Shown here: positions 8,906 through 17,904 of the stretch, piece after piece
How positions within the stretch are numbered: position 1 is the first letter of the stretch
Layout of the letters: each line of letters starts with the position of its first letter
Source: Bradymonadia bacterium
GTDB taxonomy: Bacteria > Myxococcota_A > Bradymonadia > UBA7976 > UBA1532
Assembly (NCBI GenBank): GCA_046290225.1
Contig: JBKAGE010000038.1
Location: 192,001-256,000 of the forward strand
Direction: 5' to 3'
DNA length: 64,000 nt
Translations under genes and position numbers: made by a program
Notes under the pieces: generated by a model
What the model saw: the letters and a program-made list of their open reading frames with translations, nothing else
Database searches by the model: none
What the model was told of the DNA's origin: nothing

Positions 8906-10918
8906 TCAGGGTGTTTGTTGCTCAGCGGTGTCGCGCTCACCCGTGGGGGTGCGGAAGGTGGGATCTTCGTCAGGGAGCGGGCTGTTGAGGTTGGTGGTGC
9001 CCGGGGTGGCGATGATGATGTCGCGGTAGGCCGGCCTTACGTTCTCGCCGCCAGCGTCGCCCCGCGCTTCACCCCACGAGCGGGGATCCGCGCCATCAAA
9101 GACGCGCACACAGGGACCCTCGACGTCGGTGCACGGCGCCTGGGATCGGACCATGGAGTAGTTGCGGATCACCCCATCGGCGCCGGTGCGCCGGCCGCCG
9201 AAGAAGGGTGGGCCACCATCGCCAGCCCGATCCACGATGGTGCCCTTCCGATCGACGAGACGCAGCTCGAAGTCGGCGTTGCGCAGGTTCAAGCGCAAGA
9301 ACCGCTGATCGTTGGCCATGTTCATCACGAAGTCGGCCTTGTCGTAGGCTCCACCACGAGTGTTCGGGTAGAGGTCGTCGTAAGGCTGGGTGTTGTGGCC
9401 GAGCACGAGGAAACGCTCGTAGGGGCCGATGACCGTGCCCGGGTAGAAACCCACCACGAAGTCGTTCTGGGTGGTCAGAGTCCAGAGCGAGAGATCGATC
9501 ACCTGGTCGGTGGTGTTGAGCAGCTCGACGAACTCATCGTTGTCCACGACGCCGCGGCCGTTGGCCTCGGGATCGTCGCAGGGCACCGTAAGGCCAGCGA
9601 TGGTCCGGTGCAGGCAGTCGCCGTTGTAGCCGTCCCACATGATCTCGTTGATGATCACGTCGCCGACCTCGACGCCGTCGGGATCGCCCACGTAGTTGCC
9701 GCCGTAGTCCTTCCCGATGTTCCAGAGCACGTCGAAGTATTCGATGTACTCGCCGCCCACGCGCTCCCCCTTGAGCACCAGCAGGGTCTCGTCATTGGAG
9801 ACCGTGGCGCTTGAGGACCAGTTGAACGAGCCCGTGAGCACCACGGGCTGCTCGGTGCGGCCATCGATGATCATGGTCTTGGAGTGCTGGCGCCCACCGC
9901 CGGCCTGGTAGTCACCGGGGGTGCGGCTGTTGTCGTTGCCGTCGATGCGCAGATCGAGGCCGTTGGCCAGCAGACGGTAGATCTCGTGGTAGGGGCCATT
10001 GGAGTGCAACTGCGAGCGGTCGATCACCCCCCGAACGAACTTGCGCCGGTAGGGCTGCTCACAGGTGATCTCCTGATCGCAGATCGCCAGCTCTTCGGCG
10101 CTCAGCTGCGGGCGACGGCCAGGGCTGCAGCAGTCGTTGTACCGCTCGAACTCGTTATGCTTGGCGATGAGCGACGAGCCCACCTGATCTTTGGTGAAGG
10201 CGAAGATGAAGAACTCGATGGACTCCGTGGCCTCGTCGAGGCCCTGAAGAATCCGCCCCATGCAGTCATCCTGGGGAGAGAAGCAGGTCTCCACGACGGT
10301 GTCGCCCACCTGGAAGGTGTTCCCGTTGTCGATGATCTGCTTCCCGAAGCCAAAGCGCCCACTCATCATCTGGTCGAACTCGTCGGTGAAATCGGAGGCC
10401 ACCTGAGGCGAGTCGATGAAGGCCCAGTTGTTGTCGTTCCGGTTGAAGCCCGTGGTGGTGATGTTTCCGGTACCGGTGAGCACGAAGCGATCGTCGATGA
10501 CGAAGAACTTGTTGTGCATGATGTGGCTCTGGTTACCGATGGCCATGGGCACGTTGAGCCGGTCCATCTCGTGGTAACCGCTCACGGTGCCCCAGGCGTG
10601 ACGGGCGTCACCGACGAAGCGCAGCTCCACCCCTCTGAACCATGCCCGCACCAGAGCGTCGACGATGGTCTTCTTGCTGAAGCCCATGACGGCGAAGTCG
10701 ATCTTCGCCGTGGCCCGGTCGATCATCTGCACCAGGATGTCGTCCACGGGGGTGTTGATGCCGTCCTGCTCATTGCTCGAGGGGCGGTTGAAGTGGGTGG
10801 TGACCAGGGGGGACATGGCCCGGGCCTCGTCGGCGGCGTCGAGGGTCTGGCTGCACCCGCCAAGCCCTGCAGAGAGGCCCACCGCGCTCAAGAGCAACGC
10901 CGAAAGATGCTGTTTCAT
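8906..10918 (-). CDS. Lipoprotein: phospholipase D/Nuc-superfamily enzyme (two intact HKD motifs) plus C-terminal lamin-tail domain
   Basis: Lipobox LGGC; MHNKFFVID...TGTGN and QHSKTMIID...TGSFNWS; LTD signature VIINEIMWDG...DEFVELLN...IDLSLWTL...TPG. ATG 10918 overlaps the upstream stop (ATGA). Confidence 0.9.
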   Translation of the reverse strand: MKQHLSALLLSAVGLSAGLGGCSQTLDAADEARAMSPLVTTHFNRPSSNEQDGINTPVDDILVQMIDRATAKIDFAVMGFSKKTIVDALVRAWFRGVELRFVGDARHAWGTVSGYHEMDRLNVPMAIGNQSHIMHNKFFVIDDRFVLTGTGNITTTGFNRNDNNWAFIDSPQVASDFTDEFDQMMSGRFGFGKQIIDNGNTFQVGDTVVETCFSPQDDCMGRILQGLDEATESIEFFIFAFTKDQVGSSLIAKHNEFERYNDCCSPGRRPQLSAEELAICDQEITCEQPYRRKFVRGVIDRSQLHSNGPYHEIYRLLANGLDLRIDGNDNSRTPGDYQAGGGRQHSKTMIIDGRTEQPVVLTGSFNWSSSATVSNDETLLVLKGERVGGEYIEYFDVLWNIGKDYGGNYVGDPDGVEVGDVIINEIMWDGYNGDCLHRTIAGLTVPCDDPEANGRGVVDNDEFVELLNTTDQVIDLSLWTLTTQNDFVVGFYPGTVIGPYERFLVLGHNTQPYDDLYPNTRGGAYDKADFVMNMANDQRFLRLNLRNADFELRLVDRKGTIVDRAGDGGPPFFGGRRTGADGVIRNYSMVRSQAPCTDVEGPCVRVFDGADPRSWGEARGDAGGENVRPAYRDIIIATPGTTNLNSPLPDEDPTFRTPTGERDTAEQQTP

Positions 10919-12282
10919 CGGGCCTCCAGCAGGTTCAGGTACCACGAGACCGCGGCCTCGTAATCGCTCTGGCGACGCACCAGCGACTCGTGGAGCACCA
11001 ACAGGTTGCCGTCGGTGAAGAAGTCGCTGGGCAGGGCGTAGACCAGGTCATCGGCGAGATCGCGGCCAAAGGCCACCGTGGGCGCCAGCGGCTGCGACGA
11101 CACCATGACCTGACCGGGGTACTTCACCCCGTTCATCGGCGAAGGATCGACGTCGATGAGTATGGTGGTGCCCACCACCCCCTCGCGGACCGCCAACGAC
11201 GGCCTCAGCGTACGCCCCGTGGGGGCCACGCGGCCTTCGGCAGCCACCGCCTGGAACACCGCCGACAGATCACCGGCGAGGCTGACCTCCACACAGTCCG
11301 CTCTGGGCTCTCCCGTGTTGGGATCGTCACCACAGCAGAAGGCCGCGGTGCCCTCACAGGTGTTGTCCACGGGCCACGCCTCGGAGGCCGCCTCGGGGGC
11401 GAGGACCACCTGCACGTCGAAGCCTGCGGCGGCCTTGTAGGCCAGGGCCTCGAAGAGGCGAGGGTTGGAGAAGCTCTGGGCCACCACCCACACTGAGGAG
11501 CGCGCGCCATAGACCCGGTCGATGAGCTCCTTCGTCAGGGGCTCTTGCGGGCCGATGGACCACTCCACCACGCCGTCTTCCACAGGGTAGAAAGTGCGGA
11601 AGTTGCCGTCGGCGCCGAGGGGGGCGCCGAAGACCGTGAGGCTGGTGGAGAACGTGCCCCCGATCAGCTGGTTCAGGCTGTGACCCATGTCGCGGCCGAG
11701 GATCTCGCCCCGGCCCTGGGCCCCGAGCTGCCACATCGTTGAGTCAGGGCCCTGGAACCCACCCGTAAGGGAGATGAACCGGTACTGATCGACGAGCAGG
11801 AACCCGTGGGTCATGCGGTTGCTGTCGCCGGTGCGATCGACCTCGATGCCCGGCTGCGGTGACCAGAACTGCTGGCCGTCGCCGTAGGTGATGGGCACGC
11901 CGCCGGCTTCGAGCAGGGCAAAACCCACCTCGTCAGCGGTGTCGGCGTCGGCGGCCACCCGAACATCGACGCCGGCCTGGGCCTTGGCCACGAGGGCCTC
12001 GGCGATGGCCTCGCTGTTCAGGTGGGCCACGGCCATCTCGATCTTGTCTTCGGCGGTGTCGATGAGGGCCAGGGCCCGATCTTCGAACTGCGCCGGGGTG
12101 AGCACGCCGTCGGCGGGGGTGACCCCCGCAGGGGCTACGGTGACGGTGGCGAGCTTCTCGAAGTAGCTCGCCTCGCCGTCGATGGCCGCCGGATCACCGT
12201 CGAAGGGGGCCGGCATCGGATCGTCACCGCAGGCGGTGGCGAGGGCCAGGGCCGCGGGCATCACGAGGTGTGTGATCTTCAT
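10915..12282 (-). CDS. Lipoprotein with a double PLD-like fold but degenerate HKD motifs (pseudo-PLD)
   Basis: Lipobox ATAC. PLD scaffold LIDTAEDKIEMAV..LNSEAIAEAL..KAQAGVDVRV, repeated as IDRVYGARSSVWV...ALAYKAAAGFDVQVVL. The HKD positions read MTHGFLLVD and VVGTTILID. Confidence 0.75.
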   Translation of the reverse strand: MKITHLVMPAALALATACGDDPMPAPFDGDPAAIDGEASYFEKLATVTVAPAGVTPADGVLTPAQFEDRALALIDTAEDKIEMAVAHLNSEAIAEALVAKAQAGVDVRVAADADTADEVGFALLEAGGVPITYGDGQQFWSPQPGIEVDRTGDSNRMTHGFLLVDQYRFISLTGGFQGPDSTMWQLGAQGRGEILGRDMGHSLNQLIGGTFSTSLTVFGAPLGADGNFRTFYPVEDGVVEWSIGPQEPLTKELIDRVYGARSSVWVVAQSFSNPRLFEALAYKAAAGFDVQVVLAPEAASEAWPVDNTCEGTAAFCCGDDPNTGEPRADCVEVSLAGDLSAVFQAVAAEGRVAPTGRTLRPSLAVREGVVGTTILIDVDPSPMNGVKYPGQVMVSSQPLAPTVAFGRDLADDLVYALPSDFFTDGNLLVLHESLVRRQSDYEAAVSWYLNLLEAR

Positions 12283-13136
12283 TGGAAATCCCCCGATGAC
12301 ACGAAGCCGCTGTAGTCGGGGCTGTTGGGCATACCCGGCGTGGCGAAGGTGAGCGGGCGGAACTCTTCGGCGATGCGGCGCCGGAGCGAGACATGAAGCG
12401 CCGCTGCCTCGGGATCAGGGCTCGGCAGCCCCGGGAACGGATCGTTGAGGGCGTAGCTGTGCCACGCCGCTTCGCGGTTGCCCCGGTTGTTGAAGATGAG
12501 CTGAATGCGCTCCATGGAGCGGGCGCTCACCAGGTCGTAGCCGCCGGCGAAGGGCCGCTTGCGCTCGTCGCCAGCGCCGTCGATGAGGCGCTCGTCGAGA
12601 TCCCGCAACGTGATGCTGAAGGGGGCCTCGGGCAGGGCGAGGCCCTCGATGAAGATGTCGGCGTCGGCGAAGGCCCCGTCGCGCTTGTTGGCGATGACCA
12701 GAAACTGGTTGGGCTCGATGGGCCGGTTGTCCTCCCGAGCAGGGATCACATAGGTCCGGGCCCAGGGCTTCTGGCGGCTGCCCCCTTCGGTGAGGCCGTC
12801 GCTGTCGTTCCCGGTCTCGATGGTGAGCAGCCAGCCGGTGACGAACATCGCCCGGTTGTGCTTGTTCTGTAGCTCGATGAAGTCGTCGTCCGGATCGTAG
12901 ACCCGGCTCGGTCGCGACATCGTGAGATCGCCCTTCACGCTGCCGGCCCAGTGGACCTCGGTGATTTGGAAGTTGCCGCGCTCCCCGTTGGACCGATAGT
13001 CGTCGGCGGCGGTGCCGGTGCGATAGCCCACCTGCTGGTTGCGCTCGTCGCGCTCCAAGCTGCCGCTGAGCTGATCACAGCCCGCCACGGCCACCGCCGA
13101 GGTCATGGCCAGGGTGATGAGGTGTGACGCCTTCAT
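12279..13136 (-). CDS. Lamin-tail-domain lipoprotein
   Basis: Lipobox VAGC; ITEVHWAGS...DDFIELQN...VTGWLL...IEPNQFLVIAN...ITLRD....LID...RSMER...ATPG.PNS. ATG 13136 overlaps the upstream TGA (TGATG). Confidence 0.8.
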   Translation of the reverse strand: MKASHLITLAMTSAVAVAGCDQLSGSLERDERNQQVGYRTGTAADDYRSNGERGNFQITEVHWAGSVKGDLTMSRPSRVYDPDDDFIELQNKHNRAMFVTGWLLTIETGNDSDGLTEGGSRQKPWARTYVIPAREDNRPIEPNQFLVIANKRDGAFADADIFIEGLALPEAPFSITLRDLDERLIDGAGDERKRPFAGGYDLVSARSMERIQLIFNNRGNREAAWHSYALNDPFPGLPSPDPEAAALHVSLRRRIAEEFRPLTFATPGMPNSPDYSGFVSSGDFQ

Positions 13137-14857
13137 CAGAAGGTCACCATGGCACCGGCTCGGCCGGCCCAGAAGGTCTCGGTGCCTCCGAGCATGGTCT
13201 GATCGCCAGCGGCGGCGGGGTCGATCTCGATCTCGTAGAACGCCCCAGGCATGAACAGACCAAGATCGGCATAGAGACGGAAGTTGGCGTCCACCTCGTA
13301 CCCTGCGGAGAGGTTGAACTCCTGACCAAGGGCCTTGCCGAAGCGCTCCTGAGCGGCCACCTGGGCCTTGGACACCCCGAAGGGCAGCTCGGGCAGGTCG
13401 GTGAGACCGGCGCCGAAGTTCACCTCGCTGCTGCTGGTGTCGGTGTAGAGCCAGGTGTCGGCCCGCAGGGTGAAGCCCCCAACGCGGGTGCCGGCGCCGA
13501 AGTGCAGGAACTCGGTCCCCGAGACGCGGAAGAGCTCGTTGGGCGAGGCGTCGACGCCGAAGGTGTCCAGGGCCGCCGAGGGGCGCCACACCGAGAGGCG
13601 GCCGATGGCGAAGCCACCGACGCGGTTGCCGCGGAAGCTCACGAAGCCCCGCTCGTACTCGAGGCCGTCGCTGCCGTACTTGGCCCCGTCGAAGTGATAG
13701 CCGTCGCCCTGCAGGAAGAAGATGAGATCGTCGCTGCTCTGGATCCGGGCCTGCACGCCGCCACCATATGCGTTGCCGCCGGTGTCGACGTCTCGGAGCA
13801 CGGGGTTCTGACGGTCGATGCCCTCGGAGCGGGCGAACTCACCATAGAACTGCAGCTCGGTGCCACCACCCAGGGGCAGCTGGTAGGCCACGCGGCCGCC
13901 CCCGAGGTGCTGGTAGTCACGGTCGCGGAAGTTGCCGTTCTTACCGCCGAAGCTGATGTCGGCGCCCGACTCCTCGATGGGGCCGCCGCCGATGCTGGCG
14001 TAGAAGTAGTAGGCCCGCAGATCGAGGCGGCCCTCGTCGCTGTTGCCGGTGTCGAAGTCGTAGACCGCGCCGGTGCGGTAGGTCACCGTCTCGCCCCGCA
14101 GGCCGAAGACCGTGTCGCTGCCGTCCTTGAAGGTGCGCACGCCGCTGATGGGCAGGTCGTTTGCGGCGTAGAAGTCGATGGCCATGATGCGCAGCGAGCC
14201 GGCCTTGCCGAGGCCCACGTCGAAGGTCAGGCCGTCCATGGTGCCCTCGAGCATGTACTCCTTGGGCACCCCGCCGATGCGGAAGGGCTGACGGCCGAAG
14301 CGGGCCGTGAGGTTGAAGTCGTCGCCCTCGATGAAGGTGTAGTCGAAGTTCAGGCGGAACACCTGCACCCCGCCGCCCACGCCGTTGCTGCGGCCGAGGC
14401 GGTCGTCGCGCCACAGCAGGTTGTACTTGAGCTGGGTGTCGAAGCGGAGCTTGGGGTTCACCCGATAGGCCAGCGATACCGCCACATCGGTGTAGCCCGT
14501 GTTGGTGCGATCGTCGCTGTAGAAGACCGCCTCGTCGTTGCGCTCGTCGAGGGCGCGGAAGTCGCGGTTCTCGAAGCCGATGACCTCGCTCGCCGAGACC
14601 ACCTTCACCACGGGCACCCCCACCTGCATGGGGGCGCTCTTCTGTTGGATCACCGTCTCCAACGGATCCTCGAGGAACCGGGCGCTCGTCGGCGGGGCGA
14701 TGCGGGTGTCGATTTGGGTCTCGGGGCCCGCCTCGATGACCACGTCCTCTTGATCCTGGGCCTGTGCCGAGGTGGGTGCCATGACACCACAGGCACCGAA
14801 GATGCCCCCCGTGAAGCCCACCGCCGTCCAGATACCGCGCTTACCGAAGTCTCTCAT
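13136..14857 (-). CDS. Outer-membrane beta-barrel protein (porin/alginate-export-like)
   Basis: Signal peptide (SAQA|Q), Gly/aromatic alternating strands throughout, an ARFGRQPF motif and a C-terminal Phe (AGAMVTF). Confidence 0.8.
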   Translation of the reverse strand: MRDFGKRGIWTAVGFTGGIFGACGVMAPTSAQAQDQEDVVIEAGPETQIDTRIAPPTSARFLEDPLETVIQQKSAPMQVGVPVVKVVSASEVIGFENRDFRALDERNDEAVFYSDDRTNTGYTDVAVSLAYRVNPKLRFDTQLKYNLLWRDDRLGRSNGVGGGVQVFRLNFDYTFIEGDDFNLTARFGRQPFRIGGVPKEYMLEGTMDGLTFDVGLGKAGSLRIMAIDFYAANDLPISGVRTFKDGSDTVFGLRGETVTYRTGAVYDFDTGNSDEGRLDLRAYYFYASIGGGPIEESGADISFGGKNGNFRDRDYQHLGGGRVAYQLPLGGGTELQFYGEFARSEGIDRQNPVLRDVDTGGNAYGGGVQARIQSSDDLIFFLQGDGYHFDGAKYGSDGLEYERGFVSFRGNRVGGFAIGRLSVWRPSAALDTFGVDASPNELFRVSGTEFLHFGAGTRVGGFTLRADTWLYTDTSSSEVNFGAGLTDLPELPFGVSKAQVAAQERFGKALGQEFNLSAGYEVDANFRLYADLGLFMPGAFYEIEIDPAAAGDQTMLGGTETFWAGRAGAMVTF

Positions 14858-14928
14858 CGCTCGCTCTTCTGCTCGGCGGGGCCGAGGCCTCAAGTGTGTT
14901 CGTTGAAGGTGTGTAGATTCGAAATGGC

Positions 14929-16038
14929 TCAGGGGATCACCCGGGGCTCACCGGGATCCGCGAGGACCTCCACCTGACCGAGCTGGATGATCCAAATCTC
15001 TCGACGGCGGAAACCCCAGACCACGGGGCCGGTCACCGAGACCTGGGACCCCACGGGCACCGTGAAGCCCCGGCGACCCAGCTCGGCGTCGGCGCTCGCC
15101 GACCAGCACTGCATCGTGAGCTCGGCAGCGTCGAAGTCGGTGGTGCGGCCGGTGCACAGCTCCGGGCAAATCGTGTCACCACAGAGCTCGTCTCCGCAGG
15201 CGGTGTTCTGGGTGCACGGCGTGCGACAGAAGCGCATGCAGACCGGATCAGGCTCCGGCGCGTCTACCGCCCGCGGCTCGATGGGCTCCGAAGAGAGCAC
15301 CATGTCGTTGAAGTTGTCGTTGGTGGGCTGCACGGCCACATAGCCCTGGATCCGCCGGACCTGCCCCATGTCCGCGTCGCCGAAGAGCCCCTGCTGCCAG
15401 GTGAAGAACACCGGGCGGAAGGGGCGCCCGTCGGGATCACGGGCAGGCTCGATGCGCTCGACGTCGGCGATGATCACCGCCCGATCCGTGGGCTGGCGGA
15501 ACAGCTGCCCCACCCCGCGGATGGTCATCCGTACGCGATCACCAAAGGTGTAGTCCGCCACCCGGCCATCTCTGAGCACCACCATGCCGCCCGTGTCGTC
15601 GGCGATGGCGTACACGCCGTAGTTGCGCTCGTCCTGACCGCAGACATCTACCTTGCGGTAGTAGCGTGGGTGCAAAGTGACCACCGCCTCCACGGTCATG
15701 GGCAACATATCGAGGGTGCGGCGCTCCTCTGAGCACGCCATGGGGGCCGGCTCATCGGCGCCGGTGTAGAGCACGAGGTTGGGCTGACCGCTCAAGTCAC
15801 CGGGCAACGCCGCGAGCAGATCGCCGAGGCCCGGCTGGCCATCAGCAGGGAGGCCATAACCTGCCGCCCGAGAGCCGTCGATGAAGGTCACCGGCTCTTG
15901 CACCGGCAGCGTCTCCACAGGCTCGTTCCAGATCTCGTCGGGGTTCACCCGGTCTTCGAGCTCACCGGCGCAGCCCACACAGGTCAGCGCGAGCACCCAC
16001 CCACCGAGAGACTTCAAGAGAGACGTGCGGCCGATCAT
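14929..16038 (-). CDS. Lipoprotein with two OB-folds (DUF5689/YhcR-like) and a Cys-rich insert
   Basis: Lipobox VGC. OB1: TVEAVVT...YAIADDTGGMVV.....YTFGDRVRM. OB2: GQVRRIQGYV...VPVGSQVSVTGPV. Confidence 0.7.
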   Translation of the reverse strand: MIGRTSLLKSLGGWVLALTCVGCAGELEDRVNPDEIWNEPVETLPVQEPVTFIDGSRAAGYGLPADGQPGLGDLLAALPGDLSGQPNLVLYTGADEPAPMACSEERRTLDMLPMTVEAVVTLHPRYYRKVDVCGQDERNYGVYAIADDTGGMVVLRDGRVADYTFGDRVRMTIRGVGQLFRQPTDRAVIIADVERIEPARDPDGRPFRPVFFTWQQGLFGDADMGQVRRIQGYVAVQPTNDNFNDMVLSSEPIEPRAVDAPEPDPVCMRFCRTPCTQNTACGDELCGDTICPELCTGRTTDFDAAELTMQCWSASADAELGRRGFTVPVGSQVSVTGPVVWGFRRREIWIIQLGQVEVLADPGEPRVIP

Positions 16039-16040
16039 GG

Positions 16041-16952
16041 CTACTGCTCCACGTGGTTGGTGTGCCAGTCGAAGTTGATGGTGTCGAACTGGATGTCGGT
16101 GTTGAAGGCCCGGACCGGCCCCACATAGGTGACGCACTGCCCAGCGGTGAGGAAGTCGCTGGAGCTGCGGAAGATGCCCACGCCAGCACCGTAATTGAAC
16201 GTATTCCAACAGCGGCTCGAGCCACCACAGCCCACCGGCTCACCCTCGAGGATCCCCGTAACCCTGACCACTCGATCGACATCGTCCACAGTGAGGGCTC
16301 GATCTGGCTCGAACACGTGGACCGGCTGGTCGACGTTCACCAACTCCCACTCGGCGGCCTTGGTGATTTGCCCCTTGCCCCGGAACAGATTCACCTCGGT
16401 GACCTTCACCGAGACCACGTTGCCCACCTGCATGTCGAAGGGCGGCACGCTGTCGGGCTCGTTCTGATCGAGGAAGAACTCCACCGCCCCATTGGCATCT
16501 TCGAGCCAGAAGCGCGTCTGGCTTGCTGGCAAGCCGCCGCTGCCGAAGAAGCTCGTCGCCGAGACCACCGCTTCGGTGATCTGCAAATCCACAGGGACCG
16601 AGGTCTCCTCTGCAGGGAACGCAGCCTTCACCGCGGCGATCCCCGTGTCCCCATCGGGCCACGGGGTGAAGGCGGGGGTGCCCCCGTTCGGCGGCTCGGC
16701 CCCGGGGCCGTTGATCTGGCCAGCGAAGTCGATGACCGCCGGGCAGCCCTCGGGGTTCGTCATGCCCCCACCTGCGCCGCCGATGGCGCCTCCGGCCCCT
16801 CCGATGGGCGGCGTCACCACCGCCTCCACGCCCAGATCGGGGCGGGTGCGGAACGTGCCGAGGGTGAGATCGGCCGGATCTTCCCCCTGATCGCAGCCGG
16901 CGAGGGCACACAACATCAGGGTGAGGCAGGCGGACGTGCGGTGGGTGGGCAT
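16041..16952 (-). CDS. Lipoprotein with two OB-folds (YhcR/ExeM N-terminal type)
   Basis: Lipobox LAGC. OB1: ITEAVVSA...FWLEDANGAVEFF...MQVGNVVSVKVTEV..FRGKGQI. OB2: VVRVTG...GQCVTYVGPVRAFNTDIQF. Confidence 0.75.
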   Translation of the reverse strand: MPTHRTSACLTLMLCALAGCDQGEDPADLTLGTFRTRPDLGVEAVVTPPIGGAGGAIGGAGGGMTNPEGCPAVIDFAGQINGPGAEPPNGGTPAFTPWPDGDTGIAAVKAAFPAEETSVPVDLQITEAVVSATSFFGSGGLPASQTRFWLEDANGAVEFFLDQNEPDSVPPFDMQVGNVVSVKVTEVNLFRGKGQITKAAEWELVNVDQPVHVFEPDRALTVDDVDRVVRVTGILEGEPVGCGGSSRCWNTFNYGAGVGIFRSSSDFLTAGQCVTYVGPVRAFNTDIQFDTINFDWHTNHVEQ

Positions 16953-17008
16953 GGGCGCTCCCCGGTGCGGGTGTGGGGCCGCCTTGTACCAAAGTCGGGG
17001 TGTGGATT

Positions 17009-17026
17009 GTGCTGAAAAATCAGCAC
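17009..17026. promoter_or_regulatory. Perfect inverted repeat, candidate operator of the OB/PLD/LTD operon
   Basis: GTGCTGA-AAAA-TCAGCAC, about 57 nt upstream of the first ATG in an AT-enriched intergenic stretch. Confidence 0.45.
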
Positions 17027-17076
17027 CAGCACATGTGTTCTACAAATGTGACCGCTCTGTCATCGGCCAGCGGCCC

Positions 17077-17781
17077 TCAGTGATTCGCCGGGGTCATGAG
17101 GGCCAGCACGAAGCTGATCCCCCACATTTGCCGTTGCCGATCAGTGAGGTCCATCTTGGCCACCTGGGCCTGGATGTCCTGCCAGCGCTTGCCCGCGTCG
17201 GCCCCCTGGTCGAGGGTGCCCATCTTCGCCTCGAGCTCGAGCGGCAGGGGCTTGATGCCGTGGTCTAGAATCAGCGCCCGGCGGATCAGCGCCGCCCGCG
17301 CCTGGACCCCACCTCGATGCTTCTCCTCGTCACAGACGCTGGGCTTGGGATCCTTGAGCTTCTTGCAGTAGGCGGCGGCGCAGGTGGCGAAGGCCGGCGG
17401 CGCGCCCTTTTTGTAGATGTCCTTGAGGCCATCATGGCAGGCCTTCTGCTTGAACAAAGGGGCACAGATGGCGTTGATGCGGGCGCGGCGCTCCGACTGC
17501 TTCACCTTGAGGTGCTGCGCCATCTTCGAGGCCAGAGCGCAGCGCACGAAGGGATCATCGGGCAGCTCCACGTTGCCCTGCTGGGTGCCCGGCTTCATGA
17601 TCTTCGTCGACGTCGCCTGAGGCTGACTGCCTGGGGCCTTCTGCGGCTGACTGCCCGGAGCCACCTGCGGCTGACTGCCCGGGGCGCCCTGCGCCGCGGC
17701 GTCACCTGCCCACAGGAGCCCCCACGCCATCATCAACAGCACCTGCTTCATCAGCCCTGGCTTCGCAAACATCCGGGTCAC
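17077..17781 (-). CDS. Secreted hypothetical protein with (APGSQPQx)3 repeats and a Cys-containing helical domain
   Basis: Signal peptide and six Cys (C...CAPLF....C...CAAAYC...C). Confidence 0.7.
   Translation of the reverse strand: MTRMFAKPGLMKQVLLMMAWGLLWAGDAAAQGAPGSQPQVAPGSQPQKAPGSQPQATSTKIMKPGTQQGNVELPDDPFVRCALASKMAQHLKVKQSERRARINAICAPLFKQKACHDGLKDIYKKGAPPAFATCAAAYCKKLKDPKPSVCDEEKHRGGVQARAALIRRALILDHGIKPLPLELEAKMGTLDQGADAGKRWQDIQAQVAKMDLTDRQRQMWGISFVLALMTPANH
17616..17687. repeat. Three 24-bp tandem repeats coding APGSQPQx
   Basis: The core ggctgactgcc recurs at a 24-nt period. Confidence 0.85.
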
Positions 17782-17904
17782 GGCGCACCTCTCGTCTCGT
17801 CATCGACAGAGCCCGCACAGCGGTGAGTGCGTTGACGGCTCGGTCGCGGGTATGTGAAACACACTCACCCCTGTCGGGGCATCAGCCACAGTTCGGGAGT
17901 AGGG

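Noticed and set aside
8906..12282. Anti-phage PLD defence system or cardiolipin synthase
   Set aside because: Both proteins are exported lipoproteins with no helicase, methylase or ATPase partners and no Cls-type N-terminal TM helices.
13137..13589. N-terminal 151-aa extension of the LTD lipoprotein ORF
   Set aside because: It overlaps the barrel gene in another frame. The signal peptide and TGATG coupling place the start at 13136.
13124..14977. 617-aa plus-strand ORF
   Set aside because: Antisense to the beta-barrel gene, which is coupled within the operon.
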